Positions 1-10,300 of a stretch of 48,328 nt of DNA are shown one piece after another. The notes below the pieces were generated by a model. It worked only from the letters and a program-made list of their open reading frames with translations. It made no database searches and was not told the DNA's origin. Numbering within the stretch: the stretch's first letter is position 1; each line of letters begins with the position of its first letter. This DNA is from Candidatus Berkelbacteria bacterium (GTDB lineage Bacteria; Patescibacteriota; UBA1384; XYA2-FULL-43-10; 1-14-0-10-43-13), in contig JBAWZC010000006.1 in the NCBI GenBank assembly GCA_037143235.1, positions 1 through 48,328 on the forward strand, in the 5' to 3' direction. A program made the translations under genes and the position numbers.

Positions 1-1
1 T

Positions 2-76
2 TGGTAGCGTCATGGGGAATCGAACCCCAATTACCGCCGTGAGAGGGCGGCGTACTAACCGTTATACGATGACGCC
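2..76 (-). tRNA. tRNA-Glu(CTC)
   Basis: Reverse complement GGCGTCA...TGACGCT-ACCA; anticodon arm CCGCC-CT-CTC-AC-GGCGG; T-loop GTTCGATTC; encoded CCA. Confidence 0.95.
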
Positions 77-173
77 AAACAAGATATAAAATAACATAAA
101 AAACAGCTTCTAGCAACAGCGGACAAGCCCAAAAGCCAGTAAGTGTTTAAGTCTGTAAGCTGTAAAAAAAACA

Positions 174-208
174 CTTCTCGACTCGCAGGGCTCGCTCGAA
201 GAATAAAA
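174..208. repeat. Dispersed palindromic repeat CTTCTCGACTCG-N5-CTCGCTCGAAGAATAAAA, copy 1
   Basis: Near-identical copy at 3990-4024. Confidence 0.8.
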
Positions 209-216
209 TAAATTTT

Positions 217-320
217 GTCATTCCTGCGCAGGCAGGAATCCTATCACAGCGTAAGCGCCAAGAATAACATATCTTAAAGTAGTAATATTATGACTGGATT
301 CCAGCCTTCGCTGGAATGAC
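217..320. repeat. REP/dRS3-like paired palindrome element, family A
   Basis: GTCATTCCTGCGCAGGCAGGAATC...GATTCCAGCCTTCGCTGGAATGAC; the spacer shares TCACAGCGTAAGCG with copies at 19398 and ~36790 (reverse orientation). Confidence 0.85.
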
Positions 321-377
321 AAAGAGACAGGAATGACAGAAAAAATAAAACAGCAGATAAAAGAAACCACGATATCC

Positions 378-1511
378 CTATCCTTCGTAGATTGCCTCTA
401 TCTCTTTGATTATTTTGTCCCAACGATATTTTTCTAAAGTATTTTTCGCCTCACGCTTATACGAAGCTGCTTTGATCGGGTCTGAAATGATGGCAATCAC
501 CGCCTCGGCGATAGCTTTTGAATTTTTTGGCTCAATCAATAGACCATTTTTTCGTTGTTTGACAATATCAACTATACCGCCTGTCTTTGAGGCTACGACT
601 GGGATACCGACAGCCATTGCCTCCAATATCGAAATGCCAAAAGTTTCAGCAATTGACGGCAAGACAAACACATCCCAATTTTTCAGATAATTTACAACAT
701 TTGATTTGCGGCCAAGCAAGGTTATATTTTTTACCAATCTCAGATCCTCAATCTGTTTTTCAAGCTTTTCTCTCTGCTCCCCTTCTCCAATAATCTCTAA
801 AGTCGCGAGTGGATACTTCTTCACAATATATTTCATCGACTCGATCAAATAGCTTTGACCTTTTTGCAAGTTCAGGTTACCAATAGTTCCGACGACAGGT
901 GCTTCATTGCACATCTTTATCTTTTTGATCGGGATCTTGGCAAGACCAAAAGATTCTTTGTCAAAACCGTTTGGTACCAGAATAGTTCGGTCTTTCAGTG
1001 ACAGATGCGAAGAAACCAGATAACTTTTTACCGAGGAAGAAACCGCGATCACGGTGTCAGTCTTGAAATTCAAATATTTCAGAACTAATTTCTGCAACCA
1101 TTCGCGGCCAAAACTCGCAAGATGATAATTCTGATCGAGGCTATGCTCAGTATAAATATATTTTGCAGTAGATAATTTAAACAAGCGAGCCAGAAAACCA
1201 GCCCTGACTCCATGAACATGGACGATCATCTTGCCAAACGGATTTGCTGCTGCTTGAATCTTCTGCAAAGTTCGAAAAATTTGATAGACAGCGACCATGT
1301 CAAACCTTGAGGTCATCTCGATCGTTTCGATCTTCAAATCTCTTATATTCTTCGCCTCCTCGACCAGATGACCAGACGGACAAATCAAATAAGGATCGAA
1401 CTTTCCTTTATCAAGATTACGAAGCAAATTTAGCACATGAATTGGCCCGCCAGACAGATCGGCATCCGCGATAATCTCGACAACCTTAATTTTTGAGACC
1501 GATTCTTTCAT
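378..1511 (-). CDS. Glycosyltransferase family 4 (GT-B)
   Basis: N-terminal GG motif; C-terminal DVFVLPSIAETFGISILEAMAVG signature. ATG 1511 chosen because it lies 6 nt after an extended -10 (TGTTAAAAT). Confidence 0.9.
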   Translation of the reverse strand: MKESVSKIKVVEIIADADLSGGPIHVLNLLRNLDKGKFDPYLICPSGHLVEEAKNIRDLKIETIEMTSRFDMVAVYQIFRTLQKIQAAANPFGKMIVHVHGVRAGFLARLFKLSTAKYIYTEHSLDQNYHLASFGREWLQKLVLKYLNFKTDTVIAVSSSVKSYLVSSHLSLKDRTILVPNGFDKESFGLAKIPIKKIKMCNEAPVVGTIGNLNLQKGQSYLIESMKYIVKKYPLATLEIIGEGEQREKLEKQIEDLRLVKNITLLGRKSNVVNYLKNWDVFVLPSIAETFGISILEAMAVGIPVVASKTGGIVDIVKQRKNGLLIEPKNSKAIAEAVIAIISDPIKAASYKREAKNTLEKYRWDKIIKEIEAIYEG

Positions 1512-1578
1512 ACACAAATTTTAACACTTAATGCCACACTTACACAATTATGCCCTGCTTGTCATTGACATACCCTTT

Positions 1579-1644
1579 GTCATTCCCGCGAAAGCGGGAA
1601 TCTATTGAAGATTGTTTGTGGATTCCCGCCTTCGCGGGAATGAC
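1579..1644. repeat. REP/dRS3-like paired palindrome element, family B
   Basis: GTCATTCCCGCGAAAGCGGGAATC...GATTCCCGCCTTCGCGGGAATGAC; near-identical inverted copy at 37965-38031. Confidence 0.9.
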
Positions 1645-1694
1645 AGGAAAAAAGACGAGGATAATAAAACAGACAAGCAACTCCATCTCTATCC

Positions 1695-1723
1695 TTGGCG
1701 AATTGTAAATTTCACAGTATAAT
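1695..1723 (+). promoter_or_regulatory. Sigma70-type promoter, probably giving a leaderless mRNA
   Basis: TTGGCG-N17-TATAAT with the ATG 6 nt downstream and no SD. Confidence 0.55.
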
Positions 1724-1729
1724 CAAAGC

Positions 1730-2476
1730 ATGAAAAACCATTTGACCAACCTGAAAGACTATTTACTCCACCTGAACAACCTTCATAAATTTCTCGGTTT
1801 TGGTATTTTTTTCAAGACAGCCAGAGAAACCAATTCGAAATTAACGCTCCTAAAACGACCGCCAGCAGGCAATGTTTTGGTACTCTCGCCTCATCCTGAC
1901 GACGACATTTTTGGCTGCGGAGGAACTCTCAGACTTCATCACGATCAAAACGACGAGATCAATATATTATATCTGTCGGGAAACGAGAGCCGGATCGCTG
2001 AAGCTCAGACTGCCCTCGAAATTATCGGCATCAATAAATTTGAAAATCTGGATATGATCGATGGCAAGATTACAGATAGCCAAGCTGTCATAGACAAGAT
2101 TACTCAAAGAATCACTGATCTTAAGCCAAAAACCATTTATGCACCCTGTTTCGTCGACCCGAATAGTGACCACTTAGCCACAAGTAAAATACTGGCCAAG
2201 GCACTGGAAAAAACCAACTTTGACGGAGAAATATTTATGTACGAAATATGGTCACCTATCTACGCCAACCGTCTGATCAGCATAGACAAAACTATTGAGA
2301 CCAAAATAAAAGCGATGCAAGCACACCAATCCCAACTTAAAGATCGGCCTTATGTCGACGCTTTTATCGGACTTAGTCAATACCGTGCAAACATGTTTGA
2401 TCACGGCAAAAACGCTGAAGCATTTTTCGCCTGCGACAAAGAAACCTATATCAAAACTTCGAAACTATTTGGATAA
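1730..2476 (+). CDS. PIG-L/LmbE family deacetylase
   Basis: SPHPDDDIFGCGG and DH motifs, HQSQ near the C-terminus. Confidence 0.9.
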   Translation: MKNHLTNLKDYLLHLNNLHKFLGFGIFFKTARETNSKLTLLKRPPAGNVLVLSPHPDDDIFGCGGTLRLHHDQNDEINILYLSGNESRIAEAQTALEIIGINKFENLDMIDGKITDSQAVIDKITQRITDLKPKTIYAPCFVDPNSDHLATSKILAKALEKTNFDGEIFMYEIWSPIYANRLISIDKTIETKIKAMQAHQSQLKDRPYVDAFIGLSQYRANMFDHGKNAEAFFACDKETYIKTSKLFG

Positions 2477-3889
2477 AATATTGAATGCAGCAGTGATTCT
2501 CTTTGCACTTTCTTCTTTGCCAAGAGCTATTGCAAGTTCGACCGGTGATGGCGATCTCTCCTTGCCAGAAAGAGCCACTCGAACCGGCCAAAAGACATCA
2601 CCATTGGTCAGGTTGTTTTCCGCCACAACGGACTCAAGCATTTTTTGAATACTGGAATTTGTAATTTGATTATTTTCTGGTGATTGGAATTTGGTAATTG
2701 TTTCTTGCAACGCTTTCACCGTTTTTTCTTTGTCGGACTTTTTGAATATCAGTAGCTCAGCTGGATATTTTGGCGGCTCTCGCAACTCCAAGATAAAGTC
2801 GGCCATCTCTTTCAAAGTGTTAAATCCCCCACGACCAAGCAATTCGATTTCCCCGAGAGAAAGATCACCTGCCTCAAATTCATGCAAATATTTTCTGATC
2901 TGCTCGTTGTCATTTTTAGCCACAATCTCCGCTATTTGCTTTTGCAAATAAATCGAATTGATCGAATTCAGCTTGTCCAGATTAAAAATTGCCGGAGCCT
3001 TGTTCAGATTTTCAATCTTAAATTCTTTTTCTAGATCAGAGAGAGAAAATATCTCACGATCAGTCTTGGGGTTCCAGCCTAAAAATGCAATAAAATTGAT
3101 AATCGCCTCTGGCAGATAGCCAAGTTTACGATATTCGTCGACAGAAGTCGCACCATGGCGCTTGGAAAGTTTTGTTCTGTCTGAAGCTAAAATCATCGAT
3201 AGATGGCCAAAAGCTGGAGGGGCCCAGCCAAACATTTCGTAAAGAATCAAGTGTTTTGGTGTCGAAGACAGCCACTCTTCAGCTCGAATAACATGAGTAA
3301 TACCCATCTCATGATCATCAACCACCGAAGCCAGATGATAAGTGGGATAGCCGTCCGACTTAAAAATAACCTGATCATCAAACAATGACAAATCAAATTC
3401 AACATTCCCCCGGACTAGATCATTAACAATAATCTTACCCGAAGTCGGCATCTTCATCCTGATGGTGTAGCAATGCTCCTTCAAATCAGCAATATTGAGC
3501 TCCGCATTTCGACAATAGCCTTCATATTTTGGCGGTCGGCCAGTTTTTTCCTGAGCGAGACGATCTTCAGCCAACTTTTCCTTCGAACAGGTGCAAATAT
3601 AGGCCTTACCTACCCGTACAAGGTCAAATGCAGCCTTTTTATAAACTTCCTGACGCTCTGACTGGACCATCGGTTTATCAGCATTTTTTGCCGTAATCCC
3701 CAACCACTTCAAAGAAGAAATTATTCTTTCAACTGAACCCTCAACAAAGCGTTCTCTGTCTGTATCTTCGATACGCAAGAAAAAATCACCTGCTTGCGAA
3801 GCAGCGATCAAGTAAGCGAAAAGAGCGGTTCGTGAACCACCAATATGTAATTCACCTGTAGGGCTTGGAGCAAATCTTGTTTTAATCAT
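2465..3889 (-). CDS. gltX: Glutamate--tRNA ligase
   Basis: RFAPSPTGELHIGG (HIGH), RIEDTD, KLSKR (KMSKS) motifs. Confidence 0.97.
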   Translation of the reverse strand: MIKTRFAPSPTGELHIGGSRTALFAYLIAASQAGDFFLRIEDTDRERFVEGSVERIISSLKWLGITAKNADKPMVQSERQEVYKKAAFDLVRVGKAYICTCSKEKLAEDRLAQEKTGRPPKYEGYCRNAELNIADLKEHCYTIRMKMPTSGKIIVNDLVRGNVEFDLSLFDDQVIFKSDGYPTYHLASVVDDHEMGITHVIRAEEWLSSTPKHLILYEMFGWAPPAFGHLSMILASDRTKLSKRHGATSVDEYRKLGYLPEAIINFIAFLGWNPKTDREIFSLSDLEKEFKIENLNKAPAIFNLDKLNSINSIYLQKQIAEIVAKNDNEQIRKYLHEFEAGDLSLGEIELLGRGGFNTLKEMADFILELREPPKYPAELLIFKKSDKEKTVKALQETITKFQSPENNQITNSSIQKMLESVVAENNLTNGDVFWPVRVALSGKERSPSPVELAIALGKEESAKRITAAFNILSK

Positions 3890-3919
3890 ATGACTAATAT
3901 AGCACAATCATAGCAAGCT

Positions 3920-3968
3920 GATAAGTGTTTTTTAAGTGTTTAAGTGTTTAAGTGTTTAAGCTGATAAG
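3920..3968. repeat. Short tandem 8-mer repeats (TAAGTGTT)
   Basis: About 4-5 tandem units; related units at 140-165, 4265-4310 and 36850-36890. Confidence 0.7.
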
Positions 3969-3989
3969 TCATCAGATTGTGGACAACCG

Positions 3990-4226
3990 CTTCTCGACTC
4001 GTAGAACTCGCTCGAAGAATAAAAGTCTATCTATCATCTTTGTCATTTCGACCGAAGTGGAGAAATCTTGCAAATCACAAAAGATCTCTCGACAAGCTCG
4101 AGATGACAACAAGAAATGATTGGTGAAATAAAATTATGGTTTGAGCCCTACCTGCCGACAGGTTGTCGAGAACAGACCAAATGATAGATTGCCGCGCCAC
4201 GTAAAATCGCGATGGCTCGCAATGAC
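3990..4226. repeat. Cluster of palindromic elements (copy 2 of the 174-208 repeat, a GTCATTTCGACC...GAGATGAC pair, a GATTGCCGCG...CGCAATGAC half)
   Basis: Hairpin-forming GTCA/TGAC-bounded units at 3990-4024, 4042-4107 and 4187-4226. Confidence 0.75.
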
Positions 4227-4310
4227 AAAAATAAAGGGAATAACAAAACCAACTTATAGGTCTTTGCCCTTACTAGCTTACTAGATTAAACACTTACCAG
4301 CTTATCAGCT

Positions 4311-7300
4311 TTATTGCCTCTTCATCTCAATCTTTCGATTGATAATAGAGTTTCTATGTTGCGTGTCGAGATCGCCGAGTCTTGCCAGATCGTAACCAGG
4401 ATGCGAAGCCAGCAATGTATATTGGCCCTTTGGCAACAGCACGGAATATTTACCATTTTTATTCGAGACGGCGGTACGAATCAATTTAGAACCAGCTTTA
4501 TCCAAAATACGGATCATGGTCAGAGGCAACGATTGATGGGTATCAGCGTCAGAAACTATCCCCCACGGGGACTTCTTCAACAAAAATCTGAGGTCAAAAA
4601 CCCAAATTAGAGCATACACACCGGCCAAAATGTAGACCAATCGGCTCGGCTCTCGAACTAAGCCATCAATAATAATTATTGACCCTATGACTAAAGCCAA
4701 GAAAGAAAAGATCGACAAACCAATCTCAATATTCTTAAATATCAGCAACATTCTGAGATTAGCTTCAGCGGCCTTAGGGTCCATCGTTAGCTGAATATTT
4801 GGCATAACCAAGCTGTCTCGTTCGGTCTTAATCTCGAAAATAGTACCAATGACCAACGCCGAAGGCGGTGCCAGCAAGTATTTATCTTTGAAAATACGAA
4901 TAATATATTTTCCAGGTTCCACAACAGCGCCGAAATATCCCTGATCATCGGTATATACGCTTGTCAATAATTTTTGAACTGGAGCAGACGCCCCTGGCAC
5001 ATCAATAACCTGATAGATACCCACCTTTACCCCCGGTAATGGTGCATTTGTACCGTATTCAACGATACGGCCAGATTTCTTGCGACGAAGCGCAGTTTTG
5101 ACACCAAACAAACCGACAAAGAATTGCCAGATAGAAGTTGCTGCGGATTGAGTCGCAGATGCTGCTCCGGCAAATGATGCCATATTTGAAATAGCGACCA
5201 ACGGAATAATAGCCGCCGCACTCGCCACAGCCGCTACCGCAATTACAGTCGATGCGTTTACTGGAGCAATCGAAATTTTCTCTAAAATATTTGTAATTGT
5301 GTCAGCAATACTACTGATCAATTGATTCTTTTCGGTCACGATCACAATTGTATGATTGGCACGAATATTGGCAAGAGAATATCTTGTTAGACGACCCATT
5401 GAGCGCCCATCAACAAAGACTTCTTTCACTCTATATCCATCCTTGGCCGAGATGGTCAGGGAAAAATCGCTTCCCTCGACCAAGTTTACAATCGAATCAG
5501 AATCAATAATCGTATTTTCGTCACCACTGATATTGAGCTGATATGATGTCTCATTGACATCCGCAGAGACACCATCAGAATAAGCAGTCTGAATGTTTTC
5601 ACTGTTAATCGCCTTAACCTTGAAGCTATACTCGGTATTTTTGACCAGATTATTCACAACGAAACCATTATCCCCGCCCCAATCAGCATACGATTGCCAG
5701 TCAATATTATCCTGCAAAGTGCCGTCACTCTGACGGACATATTTATCACCGCCAGGAGTTGAAACATAAAATGCGTATCGTGAATTGATAGAATTGCCGT
5801 TTGTATCGGCTACGAGTTTCAAAGAGGATCCATTTTTGACAATTGCCAGCTTTGGTACGCTTGAGAAAGTATATCTCGCCGCCGAAGCCGAAAGCACGGT
5901 CTCAATACCATCACTGTTTCTGGCTTTGATTTTAAATGAATGCCTAGTGTCTGCACCCAAACCACTGACGATCAATCCATTTGTACCGCCCCATACAGAA
6001 TATGTCTGCCAGTCAGGCAAAACATGCAGCTGACCGTCAGATTGATTGACATATTTACCAGTGGCTTCATCATAAACTGCATATCGAGCTGCAGTAGCAT
6101 TATCATTTGGCGTAAATTTTACGCTTAATTGACTCGGGTTTAAGGCACTTGCGACAGGTGCACCTGGAACATTTGCCAAGGTTGACCGATTCGCAGAATA
6201 TGCAGGAGCAGAGCTAACAATTGCGTTTGTAGCCACCACTTTGGCACAATATTGCGTTGCAGGCAAACGATTGATAACCTGTCGGCTATGAACATTTACT
6301 GTTACGGTGTAGTCAGGTGAGTTTGCAGCACGATAAGTTGCTCTCGAACAATCACCGTTGGGCGAATTTGAAAGATAGATCTTGAAATAGACTTCATTGT
6401 CGGAATTATCCGTCCAGCCCACCACAAAACTGTTATTTGTGACTGAGCGAATGACCACATCAGATGGTGCAGCAATAGCTGAAGTCGTAACCGGGGGCGC
6501 GTTACCTCCTGCATTGCCAAATATCCAACCGTCATTATCTCCACCATTAACCGAATTTGAGCCAGCATACCATTCGGCCCCACCAGTGGCTGTCGAATCT
6601 TTAATCGATAAATAATCAGACAAGACGACCCCGTTAGTCTTTGATAAGATGAAAGGCGTCCCATCGACTGATGAAATTAAATTAATCAGATTATTGCTAG
6701 TTCCAACAGCTCCAAAGCTACCCTCAACTCCGACAGTAGCTCGTGCCTCAAAAGAAATTGTTCGTGCTGAAGTCGAAATAACATTCAAATTATTAAAAAC
6801 GGTGCAACCATTAACCGCTTGCGCAGAGACACCATTTAAATTAACAGTGCCGGAATTGTGCAAGAAGACGCCGAAACTATGGTTGAAACTACCCGAGATA
6901 TCAAAGTTCTTGCCCGAAGCAGGAGCAGTAAATCGACCGCCAGTTTGAATGAAATTATTAGTCGTCAGATTATTTAACCCAGCACTAAAAGCACCTGAGG
7001 AAAGTGTAAAATTATTTACAACAGAAAGATCGGAAGCCAATGAGTATGAAGCGCCGATACCAGTATTTTTCTGAACGAAATACTGCATGATGAAACCAGT
7101 CATATCGCCCAAACTATAAGGGCCACTGCCAACATTATAGCTGCCAAGCAATCCACCTGTACTACTTAACTTCGCGACCGTGTTCGAAGCGTAATTTGCC
7201 ACCCAGACATTGCCAGCAGCATCAATTGCAACACCTTGCGGCGTAATACCGACATTGTAAGTGCCGAGCAAGCTACCAGCCGAATCAAACTTCATGACAT

Positions 7301-10300
7301 TATTGTCAGCATAATTGGCAACCCAAACATTGGCGTTAGCATCAATGGCAATTCCCGCCGGATGATTACCAGTACTGTAGGTCGCCTGAAGGTGACCATT
7401 GTTCAAGATCTTTGTGACGGTATTTGGATTGAGATTTGTCACCCAGACATTATCTGAAGCGTCAATTGCGATACCATACGGGTTTGCTCCAGAATTATAC
7501 ACGCCCAGCCTGATGCCACTATTACTGAACTTTGTCACTGTGGAACCACCAGTATTAGCCACCCAGACATTACCAAGAGAATCAACAGCGATGCCGTATG
7601 GAGTAGCCCCGACTCCATAAGTACCTAGCAATACACCCAGATTGCTTAATTTTGAAACATTATTTGAATCTCTGTTTGTAACCCAAACATTGCCAGAGGC
7701 ATCGATCGCAATCCCTTCGGGATAACTGCCGACAGCATAAGCACCGACTAAGTGGCCGTAATTATCAAACTTACTGACATTGTTGGTCGTGCGATTTGCC
7801 ACCCAGACATAACCTGACGGATCAATCGCCACGCCCCACGGCGAAGTCCCAGTAACTGAAGCTCCGACAACCACACCAGCGTTGCTAAGTTGAGTCATGT
7901 TGCTTGAGTTAATACTTGGTACCCAAGTACTGCCGGTCACAACTGGTGTCCCCTGCCCAGCGATAGTCACATCGTAAAACGCCTGATTATTCGTCGAAAT
8001 AGTCTTTTCGCCTATGCCATTGAAATTAATTGACGGTTTGTTGATAGCAAAAGTCGCCCCAGTGTTTGTCCAACTTCCAGTCACATTAAATGCGAAATGA
8101 GAACTTGACCCATCAATCGTACCAGCGACCAAACTAACATTATTATCGACATTTAAATCTCTAGCCAGAGTAATGGTACCAGTATAACCAGTATTGATTG
8201 ACAATGATTTTACATGATCAGCAAATGACGGATCAATAATTGAATTTTTACCAGAAGTTGAATCAAAGACTACATCACAAATCGCCGTTGGCTTAATATT
8301 GCTCACCCAGTTGGCAGCAGTCGACCAATTATTATCAGCGCCACCGCCACTCCATGTGCATGTGCTGTTATCAGCAAAAGTCGCCGTCACGGAGATGTTG
8401 GCCGTCACATTCAGATCAGTTCTGGCCGCAGTGGGATACGCATCAGACCAAGAGACAAAGTGATAATTGGCCGATGGGGTAGCCGTGACTTGCGTTCCAT
8501 TACTACCATGATTGACAGTTTGGGGAGTTGATCCGACAATCGAGCCATTAGCACCGGCAGAGTAAGTGAGGGTATAAGTGTCAATCGCGAATGAAGCTAT
8601 CGTCGTGATGGCAGCAGTAATATTTGTGTCTGTTCTGACAGGATTAGTCGAATTATTGTCAGACCATTTCACGAAATGATAACCGGTCGCTGGCGTAGCC
8701 GTGACCTGTGTCCCATTACTACCGTAATTAACTGTCTGGGGCGAAGTACCAACAATCGAACCATGAGCACCAGCAGAGTAGGTTAGGGCGTAAGCATCAA
8801 GAGTGAATGAAGCAGTTACTGTAATATTTGCCGTCACATTGAGGTCAGTTCTGGCAGCGGTCATCACACTGTCAGACCAAGAAACAAAATGATAGTTAGT
8901 GGCTGGTGTAGCCGTGACCTGTGTACCATTACTACCGTAATCAACGGTTTGAGGGCTGGTGCCAACGATTGAGCCATTGGCTTCAGCGGAATATGTAAGC
9001 GTATGAGTATCGATGGCAAACGAAGCTGTCGTCGTTATATCAGCAGTAACATTTGTATCTGTCCTAACTGGATTGGTTGAGTTGTTATCAGACCATTTCA
9101 CAAAGTGATAATTAGCGGCTGGCGTCGCCGTGACCTGTGTGCCATTGCTACCGTAATTAACTGCCTGGGGCGAAATGCCAACCACCGAGCCATGAGCACC
9201 AGCAGAGTAAGTGAGAGCGTAAGTGTCAATCGCAAAGGTAGCTGTGACGCTAATATCACCCGTCACATTGAGATCAGTTCTGGCGGCGGTCATCACACTG
9301 TCAGACCAAGAAACGAAATGGTAGTTCGCAGCTGGCGTCGCCGTGACTTGGGTCCCATTACCGCCATAATCAATAGTCTGCGGAGTAGTGCCAACGATCG
9401 AGCCATGAGCAGCAGCCGAGTAGGCCAAAGTGTGGGTAGCCAAGGTGGCGAAACTGACCCAAGAGCCATAGCCAGAGCCAGCCGTATTGGTGGCATAAGC
9501 ACGGGCACAGTAGTAAGTGTTGGCAACTAAACCAGAGATGCCTTTGGTGTAAGCACCGGCAGTGTACGAACCGGAATCATAGGCGGTAGAGATAGAACCA
9601 CGAGTGGAACAGTCGTGCCCGCTTGAGGTGTCTGTGGCATATTCAAAACCTCGAACAGTATTACTCTCCCCGCCAATATTGGTGATATTGCCATTACCAA
9701 TTGCTGAATTTGATGTAACACTAGAAGCAGACTGAGTTGTGACTATTGGGATAAAGATATATGGCCAGTTTGTATTGCCAGAAACCAAAGTAATATTTGA
9801 ATTGCTACCAGTGTTGTCTTTCTCACAAGCATCAGTGGCGGTACAATTTGAATCGGTCACCGAAACAGTGCCAGAAGCATTGGCAATTGCCTTTGTCTCT
9901 TGCGGTTTGATTTTCCACTGGCTGCTGGGGCTGGCAGAGACAAGGGCCAGTGTGCCAGCAGTAGAGTTTAGGAGATTCAATGTTCCTGAAATTGTTTGTT
10001 CTGATGCAGCAGCAAAGGTCAGCGTCTTGCCAGAGGTATTGGCCGTGAAGTTATTAAATGTCGTATTCCCCTGAATGAGAGCATCTCCGGCCAAGGTGAC
10101 CGTACCAGTGCCGGGGACGAAGGTGCCAGACGAATGATTCCAGCCACCATTAACAATGAATGATTTGCCAGAAGTTGGAGCAGTGAAGGTACCACCTGAT
10201 TGGATAACATTGCCAGCTATTAAATCATAACCGGAAGCATCAAAGCTGCCAGAGGAAAAGGTTAGATTGTTGGTGGCAGAGATGGCGGAGGTGAGGAAAT

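Noticed and set aside
8371-9437. Diversity-generating retroelement TR/VR pair
   Set aside because: The repeats are tandem in-frame domains, differences are not restricted to adenines, and there is no reverse transcriptase in the window.
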